DNA of 64,000 nucleotides from an uncultured Pelagibacteraceae bacterium (lineage in GTDB: Bacteria > Pseudomonadota > Alphaproteobacteria > Pelagibacterales > Pelagibacteraceae), in the NCBI GenBank assembly GCA_902624885.1, contig CACNZU010000003.1, positions 10,142-74,141 of the forward strand, written 5' to 3'. The notes beneath the pieces are model-generated. The model saw nothing but the letters and a program-made list of their open reading frames with translations, was not told where the DNA came from and ran no database searches. This document shows positions 35,501 to 45,516 of the stretch, piece after piece. Numbering within the stretch: position 1 is the stretch's first letter; every line of letters starts with the position of its first letter. The translations under genes and the position numbers were made by a program.

Positions 35501-36100
35501 GTGATTCCTTTTAAAAAAATAATATTTATTTTAATTTTTTTAATTTTAAGTGCTTGTTCTTCAATACCAAAAAATACGCAAAATAGTTGTGCTATATTTG
35601 AAGAGAGATATTTGTGGTACAAACATTCAAAGGCTTCCTATGAGAAGTGGGGAGCGCCTATTCATTTACAATTAGCTTTTGTCAAAAAAGAAAGTGACTT
35701 TAATTGGCTTGCAAAACCTCCAAGGACTAAATTATTTAAAGTAATTCCATTTAAAAGACCTTCATCTTCATTTGGATATTCCCAAGCAGTCAAAGGAACC
35801 TGGGAACAATATAAAAGAGAAACAAATAATCCACTTGCCACAAGAGCAAGATTTAAAGACTCAGTGGATTTTATAGGATGGTATATTCATAAAACAAATA
35901 AAATATTAAAAATTTCAAAAAAAGATCCTTATCGACAGTACCTAGCTTATTATAAAGGCTGGGGAGATTATAAAAATTATTCAAAAGACAAAAAGGCCAT
36001 CATATACGCAAAGTCAGTTAAAGATATGGCAAGCAAATATAGAAAACAATTAACACTCTGTAAAAAAAATCTAGATAAAAACAAATATATTATTTTTTAA
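35501..36100 (+). CDS. Lipoprotein with lytic transglycosylase-like (SLT) domain
   Basis: LSAC lipobox; ES motif, SSSFGYSQA and YLAYY.G.G motifs. Confidence 0.75.
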   Translation: MIPFKKIIFILIFLILSACSSIPKNTQNSCAIFEERYLWYKHSKASYEKWGAPIHLQLAFVKKESDFNWLAKPPRTKLFKVIPFKRPSSSFGYSQAVKGTWEQYKRETNNPLATRARFKDSVDFIGWYIHKTNKILKISKKDPYRQYLAYYKGWGDYKNYSKDKKAIIYAKSVKDMASKYRKQLTLCKKNLDKNKYIIF

Positions 36101-39100
36101 GCTGTTTCTGTAGCTCAATTTCAACAGCATCAATCCTCTTGGTTCCTCTTCCAACAATTGTATAAACAGTAGGGATTACGTAGAGTGTAAAAAATGTTGA
36201 GAATAGCATTCCGCCAAATATTGTTATACCAACAGTTAATCGACTTGCAGCACCTGGTCCAGTTCCAAGAATTAGTGGTAAAACTCCAATAATTGTTGAG
36301 ATACTTGTCATGAGAATAGGCCTTAGCCTTATAGCGGCAGCTTCAAATACAGCAACTTCTAAATTTTTTCCTTCCTTCCTTAACTGATTTGCAAATTCTA
36401 CAATTAGGATACCGTTTTTAGCTGAGAGACCGATCAAAATGATTAACGCTATCTGACTGTAAACATTCAAAGAAGACCCAACTACTAGTAAACCAATTAA
36501 TCCACCAAGAATAGCCATGGGCACAGTTAACATAATTGTCAGTGGGTGCCTCCAGCTTTCAAATTGAGCACTCATTGCCAGGTATGCAGTAATTAATGCT
36601 AAAGCAAATATTACATATAGTTCAGTGTTAGTTTTTTTATACTCTTCACTTTCGCCTTTATAAGCAATTTTTGCTTGAGGTGTATTTTGTTCTACAACAC
36701 TCACTAAAAACTTTAGAGCCTTATCAAGCGAATAGTCTCCAACAAGTCTTGCTGAGATAGTAACTGCTTTTTGTCTATTGTATCTTGCTAAGAATGGTGA
36801 CTGTCCCTCTTCATCGTATGCAACTAGGTTTGACACAGATACAAGCTTTCCATTGTTTTTAGATCTCACAAAAACCTTACTTATACTATCTGGCTCTTGT
36901 CTATCTTTGATATCACCTTGCAAAATTATAGAATATTCTTTTCCATCTCTTGTAAAGTTTGTAACTCTTTTTGAACCAAAAATTGTTTCTATAGTTTTTC
37001 CAATATCTTCTGTAGAAACTCCAAGATCAGCAGCTTTTTTTTGATCTATCTTTACATTTAATTGAGGTTTGTTCAGATCAAAGTCATCTTGAATAGAGGT
37101 GAGATTAGGATTTTTTCTTGCTTCTTTTTTAATTATCTCTTTCCACTCAATCAATTGTTCATATGTATTACCCAAAATAACAAATTGAACTGGACTTTCT
37201 ATTCCGCCAGTCCTTATTCCCTGAGGCATTATCGGAAAAGCCAAAACACCCGGCACTCTCGCAATTTTTCCAAAAGATTCTCTCATTATCTCAACACCAT
37301 GACGATCTCTTTTAGCCCAAGGCTCTAAAAGAACAATTATAAATCCACTATTTACTTGTTTAGCAGACTTTCCAAAACCAGGAACTCGCATGATTAATTT
37401 TCTATATTCACCTTTACCTACATTAGGAAGCAATAATTTCTCGATTTCTTCTGCTCTATCTTTGGTAAAATTAAAACCTGAACCTTGTGGAGCTTTTACA
37501 ATTACAAAAAATGCTCCCCTATCTTCAGGTGCAATTAATTCTTTCTTAGCAAAATTAAAAAAGAATATTGTTAATGCAAGAGTTCCTAATAAAAAAATAG
37601 TTATTGTTTTTTTTTTCTTAATCCAATTTAATAGTGAAACTTTATAAAGATAAGTGAGATCTTTTAAAAACTTTTCAAATTTTAAAACAATTTTTGATTT
37701 TTGCATATCTTTTTGCAAAAATTTACTTGCCAACATTGGACTTAATGATAACGCAACAAAGCTAGAAATAATTACAGCCGATGCAAGAGTAATCGCTGTT
37801 TGAGTAAAAAGTACTCCTGTAATTCCTTTAATAAAAATTAGAGGAATAAATACTGCTACTAACACAACAGTTGTAGCTATTATTGCAAATGATACCTGCT
37901 TAGCACCCTTGTAAGCTGCAACTAAAGGTGTATCTCCTAACTCTATTCTTCTTACTATATTTTCAAGCATCACAATGGCATCATCAACCACAATTCCGAT
38001 AGCTAGTACTAAGGCCATCAGAGTAAAAAGGTTAATTGAAAAATCAAAAATATAAATTGATAAAAAAGTTGAGATTAATGAAACAGGCAAAGCTATTAAA
38101 GGGACTACCAAAGCTCTAAGATTGCCGAGAAATAGATAAATAATAATAGTAACTAATATTAATGCAATAATCAGTGTTTTATAAACTTCTTTAATAGCAG
38201 ATTTTATATAATTACTTCTATCGAATGAAACTTCTAAGGTAGTTCCTGGTGGCAAGCTTGGTTTAAGCTCTTTTATTTTTTTTTTGATCCCATTAGCTAC
38301 CTCGATGGTGTTTGCATCAGATTGTTGATATATCCCTATACCAACAACTTGTTTTCCGTTGCCTTTAAAAAGAGTTCTTGTTGACTCAGCTCCTAATTCG
38401 ATTCTTGAAACATCTGACAAGGTTATGATCGAACCGTCCTTAGCTCTTTTTAGAGGTAGATTTTTATAATTTTCAATTTCTTTATAAGCTTTATCCAATT
38501 TAATAGTTAGATCGATATCTTTTGACTCAATTCGTCCAGCTGGGAACTCTGTATTTTCTCTTCTGAGAATTGTCTCAACTTCTTGAGTAGTAAGATCTCT
38601 TGCAGCTAAAGCTATTGGATCTAACCAAACTCTTAGTGAGAGCTCTCTTTGACCACCAAGGCGAACTCTGCCTACGCCATCAACAGTAGAGAAAGTATCA
38701 GTTAAATATCTATCGGCGTAATCAGTTAATTCTAAATCAGTCATCGTTTCAGAGTTGAATGATAACCACATAGTGGTTCTCATACCTGCACTTTGTTTAA
38801 AAATTTCAGGCTGTTCTGCACCCTCTGGTAAATTATCAAGCACTCTAGATACAGAGCTTCTTACATCGTTAGCAACGTCATCTAAGTCTAAACTTGTCTC
38901 AAATGTAAGTGTAATTCTTGAACTTTCATCCTCACTAAATGAGTCTATCGTTTCTAGTCCGGGTGTTCCTCCAACAAAGTCCTCAATTTTTTGAGTTATT
39001 TGAGTATCAACAATTTCTGCTGATGCACCTCTATACTCAGTTTGAATAGTTACTACAGGAGGCTGCACATCAGGTAGTTCGTCAGTTGGAATTTCTTGAA

Positions 39101-39185
39101 AAGTTACAAGACCAAATATCACTAATACTAAGCTCATTACTGAAGCCACGACAGGTCTTTTGATAGATAGGTCTGTTAAAAACAT
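36090..39185 (-). CDS. RND efflux permease (AcrB/HAE1 family)
   Basis: VVDDAIV, KNGILIVEF and RLRPILMT proton-relay motifs; 1031 aa. Confidence 0.95.
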   Translation of the reverse strand: MFLTDLSIKRPVVASVMSLVLVIFGLVTFQEIPTDELPDVQPPVVTIQTEYRGASAEIVDTQITQKIEDFVGGTPGLETIDSFSEDESSRITLTFETSLDLDDVANDVRSSVSRVLDNLPEGAEQPEIFKQSAGMRTTMWLSFNSETMTDLELTDYADRYLTDTFSTVDGVGRVRLGGQRELSLRVWLDPIALAARDLTTQEVETILRRENTEFPAGRIESKDIDLTIKLDKAYKEIENYKNLPLKRAKDGSIITLSDVSRIELGAESTRTLFKGNGKQVVGIGIYQQSDANTIEVANGIKKKIKELKPSLPPGTTLEVSFDRSNYIKSAIKEVYKTLIIALILVTIIIYLFLGNLRALVVPLIALPVSLISTFLSIYIFDFSINLFTLMALVLAIGIVVDDAIVMLENIVRRIELGDTPLVAAYKGAKQVSFAIIATTVVLVAVFIPLIFIKGITGVLFTQTAITLASAVIISSFVALSLSPMLASKFLQKDMQKSKIVLKFEKFLKDLTYLYKVSLLNWIKKKKTITIFLLGTLALTIFFFNFAKKELIAPEDRGAFFVIVKAPQGSGFNFTKDRAEEIEKLLLPNVGKGEYRKLIMRVPGFGKSAKQVNSGFIIVLLEPWAKRDRHGVEIMRESFGKIARVPGVLAFPIMPQGIRTGGIESPVQFVILGNTYEQLIEWKEIIKKEARKNPNLTSIQDDFDLNKPQLNVKIDQKKAADLGVSTEDIGKTIETIFGSKRVTNFTRDGKEYSIILQGDIKDRQEPDSISKVFVRSKNNGKLVSVSNLVAYDEEGQSPFLARYNRQKAVTISARLVGDYSLDKALKFLVSVVEQNTPQAKIAYKGESEEYKKTNTELYVIFALALITAYLAMSAQFESWRHPLTIMLTVPMAILGGLIGLLVVGSSLNVYSQIALIILIGLSAKNGILIVEFANQLRKEGKNLEVAVFEAAAIRLRPILMTSISTIIGVLPLILGTGPGAASRLTVGITIFGGMLFSTFFTLYVIPTVYTIVGRGTKRIDAVEIELQKQLKK

Positions 39186-40058
39186 TTAATTTCTTGGATT
39201 TATAATTTTGATTTTAGCATTATTTCTTACTTTTGAGACACCTTCTGTAATAACAAGATCGCCTTCATTTATTCCTGATACAACAGAAACTTTTCCAAAA
39301 TTTCTTTTACCAATTTCAATATTTTTTTTTTCAGCAGTTTCGTCTCTTACTGTGTAAACAAAAGCTGTACTACCTTGAATCGTGACAGCACTTTCAGGAA
39401 CACCAATTTGGTTTATTTCATCATATATAATTTTTACTGTCATTAATTGCCCTGGAATGATATCAAAATTAGAATTATCGACTATGACTCTGGATAAAAT
39501 TGATCTCGTAGAGGGATCTATTCTTGAGCTAATTGTTTGAATTTTTCCCTTAAAAGCTTTCTTAAATGCTGAACTTGTTATTTCTGCTTTTAATCCTGGT
39601 TTTAGTATACTTACATAATTCTCTGGAACTTTTATATCTATAACTATTTTTTTTAAATCATCTAAAGTTACTATTAAGCTCTCTGAACCCAAAACTCCTT
39701 GAGCAATTTCTCTTTTACCCAATTTACCCGAAAAATCTGCAATAACTTCTTCTCCAGTTTTAAGCCTAAGGATTATTTCATCTTTTTTGACAAATCTATT
39801 ATCAATATTTAATTTTCCAGCAACTTCACTAGTTTTTATTCTATAAGTTTTCGAATTTTGCGCAATCGCTGTCCCAAAAGTTTCTATACTTTTGTAAAAC
39901 AACGATCTCTCAACTTGCTCTACGATTACACCCGGCGCAGGCCTCACACTGAATTTTTTTTTAAAGTGTAAACCAATAAAATGCCTTGCAGCAATAATTG
40001 CAAAAATAGCAATAAAGAAAATAATTAAAAAAACTTTTAATTTTGATGGTGTTTTCAT
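39186..40058 (-). CDS. RND periplasmic adaptor (MFP), short form
   Basis: N-terminal TM, VPE, RIDPSTRS, PGQ and VSVVSGINEGD.VITEG motifs; directly upstream of the RND gene. Confidence 0.88.
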   Translation of the reverse strand: MKTPSKLKVFLIIFFIAIFAIIAARHFIGLHFKKKFSVRPAPGVIVEQVERSLFYKSIETFGTAIAQNSKTYRIKTSEVAGKLNIDNRFVKKDEIILRLKTGEEVIADFSGKLGKREIAQGVLGSESLIVTLDDLKKIVIDIKVPENYVSILKPGLKAEITSSAFKKAFKGKIQTISSRIDPSTRSILSRVIVDNSNFDIIPGQLMTVKIIYDEINQIGVPESAVTIQGSTAFVYTVRDETAEKKNIEIGKRNFGKVSVVSGINEGDLVITEGVSKVRNNAKIKIINPRN

Positions 40059-40061
40059 TTT

Positions 40062-40874
40062 TTATTCTAATCCGTACTCTGACCAGGAGCCGTCATAGAT
40101 AGTTGGTTTTTTACCACTTATAATAGAATTAGCTAGTCCTAAAATACATGCAGTAACTCCAGATCCGCATGTAAAAGCAATATCTTTATCTTTATCTATT
40201 TCATTCTGATCAAAAATCTTTATTAACTCTTCTCTCTTTTTGAAGGTTCGATCTTCATTCAAAAGTAATTGAAAAGGTATGTTTTTAGATCCTTCAATGT
40301 GACCGCTTTTTAATCCTTTTCGGGGCTCAGGTACCAAACCCAAAAATCTTTCTTTGCTTCTAGCGTCTATTAACTGAAATTTTTTACTTGATATATTTTC
40401 TTTTACTTGGGCTTTATTTATTACTATAGATGTATTTTCTTTAGCTTTATAATTAGTTTTTTTAATTTTATTTATTTCTTTTGATACAAATCTTTTTTCC
40501 TTTAACCATTTCGTAAAATTACCGTCTAAAACCGATACAAGATCTGGGTCATGACCAAAATAAATAAATGAATACCAAACTCTACATGAACTGAAAACAT
40601 CTGAATTATCATAAATAATTACATGATCAGAGTTATTTATTCCTAAATTAGAGATAATTTTTTTCCATTCATTATTTGAAGGGAGCATATGGGGCAATGA
40701 AGAATTTTGTTTTGAATTTTTTTCAATATCAAAAAATATTGAGTTCTTAATATGATTTTCTTTAAATTCCTGTAAGGCGTCCCTACCTGAGTTAGGTAAA
40801 CACCAAGTGGCATCTAATATTTTTACTCTTTCAATATTTTTTTCTAGCCATTCTGTAGTAACAAGCTGCCTCAT
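40062..40874 (-). CDS. sseA: 3-mercaptopyruvate sulfurtransferase / rhodanese
   Basis: LPHMLP, DARS..RF, CGSGVTAC and YDGSWSE motifs. Confidence 0.93.
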   Translation of the reverse strand: MRQLVTTEWLEKNIERVKILDATWCLPNSGRDALQEFKENHIKNSIFFDIEKNSKQNSSLPHMLPSNNEWKKIISNLGINNSDHVIIYDNSDVFSSCRVWYSFIYFGHDPDLVSVLDGNFTKWLKEKRFVSKEINKIKKTNYKAKENTSIVINKAQVKENISSKKFQLIDARSKERFLGLVPEPRKGLKSGHIEGSKNIPFQLLLNEDRTFKKREELIKIFDQNEIDKDKDIAFTCGSGVTACILGLANSIISGKKPTIYDGSWSEYGLE

Positions 40875-41320
40875 TATCTATTTTTTTCTAAGTATTTTTG
40901 ATGATATTCCTCTGCCTTACAATAATTTTTGAATTGAGAAATATTAGTTTGAATTTTCCCGTTTAGCTCTTTGTTAAATATTTCTAAAATTTCTTTTGCT
41001 TCAACTTTTTGAATATCATCCTCATAAAATATTTCACTTCTATATTGAGTTCCTACATCAGGGAATTGCATATCTTTTTGTGTGGGATCGTGCATTTTAA
41101 AAAATAAATCTAAAATTTTTCTAAATGAAATTACTTTTTCATCAAAGGTCAGTCTAACAACTTCTGCATGACCAGTGTCACCTTTACATACTTCCTCATA
41201 TGTAACTTTATCGGAGAATCCACCAGCATAGCCGACCTCTGTTTCAATTATACCTGGCTTGTTTTTGAAGTTTTCCTCAGGTTTCCAAAAACAACCAAGA
41301 GCAAGTGTACATTTCTTCAT
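40874..41320 (-). CDS. msrA: Peptide methionine sulfoxide reductase A (short form)
   Basis: GCFW, YEEVC..TGHAE, DVGTQYRS and AEEYHQKY motifs. Confidence 0.93.
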   Translation of the reverse strand: MKKCTLALGCFWKPEENFKNKPGIIETEVGYAGGFSDKVTYEEVCKGDTGHAEVVRLTFDEKVISFRKILDLFFKMHDPTQKDMQFPDVGTQYRSEIFYEDDIQKVEAKEILEIFNKELNGKIQTNISQFKNYCKAEEYHQKYLEKNR

Positions 41321-41353
41321 AAAGTAATTATATAGAATTGTGAGGATATTAAA

Positions 41354-42232
41354 TTGTTAACACGAAATCAATTAGGCGTATTGTACGGGGTTGCATCTGT
41401 GGCATGTTTTGCCATGATGGATGCTTGTGTTAAATGGCTAGACCAGTTTCCTGTAGGTGAAGTGTTATTTGCAAGATTTTTTTTTGGTTTGATACCAATT
41501 TTAATGCTTGTACCTAGGAGTGAATTTAAAACTTTTTATAAAACTACAAGACCTAAATTACATGCTTTCAGAGCAGTAACAGGCACCTTAGCAATTGTTG
41601 CACTTTTTATTGCTTTGAGAGAAATACCTTTAGCAGATGTTGTAAGCTTAACTTTTGGTGGTCCAATTTTCGTTACATTAGGTTCAATATTTTTTTTATC
41701 TGAAAAAGTAGGTATTAGAAGATGGTCTGCAGTTTTAATCGGATTTATTGGAATGTTAATGATTGTAAAACCGGCTTACGATGAATTAAATATTTATTAT
41801 TTATTTCCAATAATTTTTTGTATTTTCTTTGCATGTGTAGCCCTAAGCATTAGAAGCTTATCATCTACAGAGCCTAATTATAGAATTGCCTTATACTTTT
41901 CTTTACTAAGTATGATAGTTGGTTTAGCAACACTTCCTTTTGGTTGGATTATGCCATCTAAATTTGATCTGTTTCTTTTAATTTTTACAGGCATAATAGG
42001 TTCAGTAGCAAATATTTTACTTACTGTGTCACTAAGAATTGCTGAAGCATCACTTGTTACACCAACAAAGTATTTAAATTTGGTATTTGCTATATTACTA
42101 GGATACTTCATTTGGGGTGAAATACCAAAAGTATTAACTCTTTTAGGAGCTGGTCTAATAATTGTAAGTTCTTTAATTATCTTTATGAGAGAGTCTCAAT
42201 TAAAAAAAGAAGTTGTAAGCCCAAGACCGTGA
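41354..42232 (+). CDS. DMT/EamA family transporter
   Basis: About 10 TM segments; LSEKVGIRRW and WGEIP motifs. Confidence 0.88.
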   Translation: MLTRNQLGVLYGVASVACFAMMDACVKWLDQFPVGEVLFARFFFGLIPILMLVPRSEFKTFYKTTRPKLHAFRAVTGTLAIVALFIALREIPLADVVSLTFGGPIFVTLGSIFFLSEKVGIRRWSAVLIGFIGMLMIVKPAYDELNIYYLFPIIFCIFFACVALSIRSLSSTEPNYRIALYFSLLSMIVGLATLPFGWIMPSKFDLFLLIFTGIIGSVANILLTVSLRIAEASLVTPTKYLNLVFAILLGYFIWGEIPKVLTLLGAGLIIVSSLIIFMRESQLKKEVVSPRP

Positions 42233-42852
42233 GCAAATATCCAAGCTATTGGTCGAAAGCAATTAACACCTTATCCAAAAGAGATAAAGTTTTAAAAAGA
42301 CTTATTCTTAAATACAATGATAAATTCTTGACTACTAGAAAAGATATTTTTTATTCTTTATGTAAAAGTATAGTTGGTCAGCAAATAAGTGTATCGGCTG
42401 CAAATTCAGTATTTAATAAATTTCAAATAAAAACCAAAAAAGTTACCCCATTAAAAGTATCGAAACTATCAATATCACAACTCAAATCTTGTGGTTTAAG
42501 TAGGCAAAAAGCTTTGGGGATTAAAGAATTATCCATTAAATTTGTAAAAAAAGAATTTAATCCAAAATTAATCAAAAACATGAATGATGAAGAAGCAATT
42601 CTTTACTTATCATCTTTAAGACAAATAGGCAGATGGAGTGCAGAAATGATTTTACTATTCACTTATAATCGATCTAATATTTGGCCTTTACAAGACATTG
42701 GCCTATTAAGAGCGATTTCAAATAATTATAAGAAACAATACTTTCCTCCTAAAAGTTTTCTTAAAAAACTTTATAGGAAATTTACTCCATATTGCTCAGT
42801 CGCAACATGGTATCTTTGGAGATCAATCGATGACGAGCCAATACAATACTAA
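42229..42852 (+). CDS. alkA: DNA-3-methyladenine glycosylase II (HhH-GPD)
   Basis: IVGQQIS, IGRWSAEM, P.QD and WYLWRS motifs. Confidence 0.85.
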   Translation: MSKYPSYWSKAINTLSKRDKVLKRLILKYNDKFLTTRKDIFYSLCKSIVGQQISVSAANSVFNKFQIKTKKVTPLKVSKLSISQLKSCGLSRQKALGIKELSIKFVKKEFNPKLIKNMNDEEAILYLSSLRQIGRWSAEMILLFTYNRSNIWPLQDIGLLRAISNNYKKQYFPPKSFLKKLYRKFTPYCSVATWYLWRSIDDEPIQY

Positions 42853-43136
42853 GCCCCCTCAATTGTTTGATGCTGGCGCTCTGCATAACCGATGAGAATT
42901 GAATGTGCGTCTTGATATTCTTTTGACTTATAAAAGTTATTAGCTTGATCATAAGAAGAGAACTCAATGACAACAGTTCTCGGTGACTTTTCACCTTCGT
43001 TTGCCGTTGACCTTCCTCCTCTAATCAAAAACTTTCCTTCATATTTTTCAACCGCTGCTCTAGCTTTTAATGCGTATTCTTTAAGTTTTTCATCATTAAT
43101 TATATTTTTATAAACACAAACCACATATCCTTTCAT
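42849..43136 (-). CDS. DUF1330 family protein
   Basis: FLIRGG....EG...RTVVIEF...A..FY.S.EYQ pattern. Confidence 0.85.
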   Translation of the reverse strand: MKGYVVCVYKNIINDEKLKEYALKARAAVEKYEGKFLIRGGRSTANEGEKSPRTVVIEFSSYDQANNFYKSKEYQDAHSILIGYAERQHQTIEGA

Positions 43137-43169
43137 TTACAACTCCTTTAAAATAAATTATTTTTTTTC

Positions 43170-43712
43170 ATGGCAGATAAACTTATCATAGACTGGAAAG
43201 AGTATAATCTAATCGTAGAAAAATTAGCAATACAAATTTATGAAAGTGGCTTTAAGCCAAATTTACTTATTGGTATTATGCGTGGCGGGGCACCAATCAT
43301 TGATGTTTTAAGTCGAGTTTTTAAATTGAAATGTGCTTACTTAGCTGTTGAGTCTTATTCAGGAGAGGGCACAGAAGATCAGCAAGGTGATTTAGTTTTT
43401 TCGAGAGAAATGAGTTCTACCGTTCAGAATATGAAAGGAAATATTTTGCTATGCGATGATTTATCTGACACTGGTATAACCCTTAATAAAAGTATTGATT
43501 GGTTGAAAAAATACCCACCTCTCAAAGACAATATAAAAGAGATAAAGACAGCGGTGCTTTGGAAAAAAAAAGACTCAACTTTTGAGCCGGATTTTTGCGC
43601 ACAAAGGTTAGAAAGCAATCCTTGGATAGTTCAGCCATTTGAACATTATGAAGAAATAAAAGTTCAGGATCTAGTTAATAAACACATCAGAAGAATTAAG
43701 GGCCAGAATTAA
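43170..43712 (+). CDS. Purine phosphoribosyltransferase (Gpt-like)
   Basis: MRGG, LLCDDLSDTGITL PRPP loop and WIVQPFE; convergent with a purine permease. Confidence 0.85.
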   Translation: MADKLIIDWKEYNLIVEKLAIQIYESGFKPNLLIGIMRGGAPIIDVLSRVFKLKCAYLAVESYSGEGTEDQQGDLVFSREMSSTVQNMKGNILLCDDLSDTGITLNKSIDWLKKYPPLKDNIKEIKTAVLWKKKDSTFEPDFCAQRLESNPWIVQPFEHYEEIKVQDLVNKHIRRIKGQN

Positions 43713-43720
43713 CTGGCCCT
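43699..43720. terminator. Hairpin between convergent PRTase and NCS2 genes
   Basis: AGGGCCAG-AATTAA-CTGGCCCT, a perfect 8-bp stem. Confidence 0.7.
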
Positions 43721-43727
43721 AAAATTT

Positions 43728-45038
43728 TTATGCTACGTAAAAGCTAATTACGCTAAATACTGCGATTACCCAAATAGCAGGAGAGGTTTTTCCAAATTTT
43801 CCTGTAAATATTTGAATTAATGCGTATGAAATAAATGCAAGAGCGATACCGTTACTGATACTATATGTTAACGGCATTGTTATCATTGCAACTACTGCAG
43901 GGCCTGACTCAGCTATATCATCCCATTCAATATCAGTAATATTTCTAACAAATAATATTGCCACGTACAACAACGCTGCACCATCTATTTCTTTTGGCAA
44001 ACTTGTAGCAAGCGGCGAAAAGAATAAACAAGCTAGGAATAAAACTCCTATTACAAGCGAAGTCATCCCAGTTCTGCCTCCGGCTTTTACTCCTGCGCCT
44101 GACTCAACATAACTGGTTACAGTTGTTGTCCCCATCATTGCTCCAGCTACTGTTCCCACACTGTCAGACAACATTGCTTTGTTGATGTCTTGCACTTTAC
44201 CTTTTTTATCAACTTTACCTGCTACGTTAGCAACAGATGTTAATGTTCCTGCTGTATCGAAAAAGTCTATAAACAATAACGTAAAAACTATTGAAGCCAT
44301 ACCCGCAGTGAGCGCTGCTTTAAGATCAAAATCAAATAGGTAAGTCATTGGCGGGATAGAACCAACAACACCATTAAATTTTGCTAAACCAGTAGCCCAA
44401 GCTATTATACTAAATAAAAGGATACCAATTATAATGTTTCCTCTTATCTTCATCTTTTCTAAAACAATCATAAAGACAAAAGTTAAACAACCAAGAAGCA
44501 CTAAAGGATTCTTAATGTCGCCTAAAGTAACTAGCGTGACTGGATGGTCTCCTACTACTCCCATAATTTCTAAACCAATAATAGCTAAAAATAATCCAAT
44601 CCCAGCACCAATTCCTAGTTTTAAGCTTCTTGGAATCGAATTAATCAACCACGCTCTTAAAGGTGTGAGTGATATAGCTAAGAAAATAATTCCAGCAACT
44701 AATACTGCACCTAATGCTGCTTGAGGAGTGTATCCCATTCCTGCAACGACTCCGTATGCAACAAATGCATTTATACCCATACCTGGCGCCAAACCTATAG
44801 GCCAAGTTTTTCCATAAAATGCCATGATGAAACACGCAAGCGCAGTAGCTAATATTGTTGCGGTAAATACCGCTCCAAAATCAAAAAAACCTTTTTCTGT
44901 TCCAGCAAATTCGCCAGATAAGATAAAGGGATTTAAAAACATGATGTATGCCATTGTAAGAAAAGTAGTTACACCAGCTATTACCTCAGTTTTAAAATTT
45001 GTTTTATGTTTTCTATACTTAAAATATTTATCCATCAT
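43728..45038 (-). CDS. NCS2/AzgA-type purine permease
   Basis: AGVTTFLTMAYI, APGMG.NAF, DFFDTAGT and YVES.AGV..GGRTG motifs. Confidence 0.93.
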   Translation of the reverse strand: MMDKYFKYRKHKTNFKTEVIAGVTTFLTMAYIMFLNPFILSGEFAGTEKGFFDFGAVFTATILATALACFIMAFYGKTWPIGLAPGMGINAFVAYGVVAGMGYTPQAALGAVLVAGIIFLAISLTPLRAWLINSIPRSLKLGIGAGIGLFLAIIGLEIMGVVGDHPVTLVTLGDIKNPLVLLGCLTFVFMIVLEKMKIRGNIIIGILLFSIIAWATGLAKFNGVVGSIPPMTYLFDFDLKAALTAGMASIVFTLLFIDFFDTAGTLTSVANVAGKVDKKGKVQDINKAMLSDSVGTVAGAMMGTTTVTSYVESGAGVKAGGRTGMTSLVIGVLFLACLFFSPLATSLPKEIDGAALLYVAILFVRNITDIEWDDIAESGPAVVAMITMPLTYSISNGIALAFISYALIQIFTGKFGKTSPAIWVIAVFSVISFYVA

Positions 45039-45173
45039 AAAATAAAACCTCCGTTTAAAGTTTATTACTCTATATAGCTGTCAAAATCTTAACTAAATCC
45101 CTCATATCTCCGTTGATTCAACCAAAAGTAAATATATCTGTTTATAACTTTTCGTTATAAAATAAGGATAAGA

Positions 45174-45479
45174 ATGAAAGGATTTTTTTTTACAATTTTA
45201 TACACATTATTTTTAATTTCTTTGATCGGTTGCCAATCAGTCTCAAAGAAAATTGAGGATACGACATCTAAAGAAGCGCAGGAATTAAGCAACTGGTTAA
45301 ATAAAACAGAAGAAGATCTTAAAAATTTTTATGGTCAACCTGATAAAGTTGAATTTTTAAAAACAAGAAATAGAAATTACGTCTATATTACTGAAAAATA
45401 TAAAATTAAGTGTGAGCGTAAGTTTGAGGTAAATCCTAGGAATATAGTGGTTGGTTTTAATAGCAAAAACTGCTTTTAA
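45174..45479 (+). CDS. Hypothetical lipoprotein
   Basis: LIGC lipobox, AAGGA SD, YGQPD motif and a Cys pair. Confidence 0.7.
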   Translation: MKGFFFTILYTLFLISLIGCQSVSKKIEDTTSKEAQELSNWLNKTEEDLKNFYGQPDKVEFLKTRNRNYVYITEKYKIKCERKFEVNPRNIVVGFNSKNCF

Positions 45480-45509
45480 TTACCTGCGGAGTAAATACTC
45501 CGCAAGTAA
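45480..45509. terminator. Bidirectional terminator hairpin
   Basis: TTAC-C-TGCGGAGT-AAAT-ACTCCGCA-A-GTAA between convergent genes. Confidence 0.8.
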
Positions 45510-45516
45510 GGTAAAC

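Noticed and set aside
45070-45105. 11-codon uORF (MRDLVKILTAI) or a purine riboswitch upstream of the NCS2 permease
   Set aside because: GGAG is only 2 nt from the ATG, there is no associated terminator, and no purine-riboswitch core is visible.
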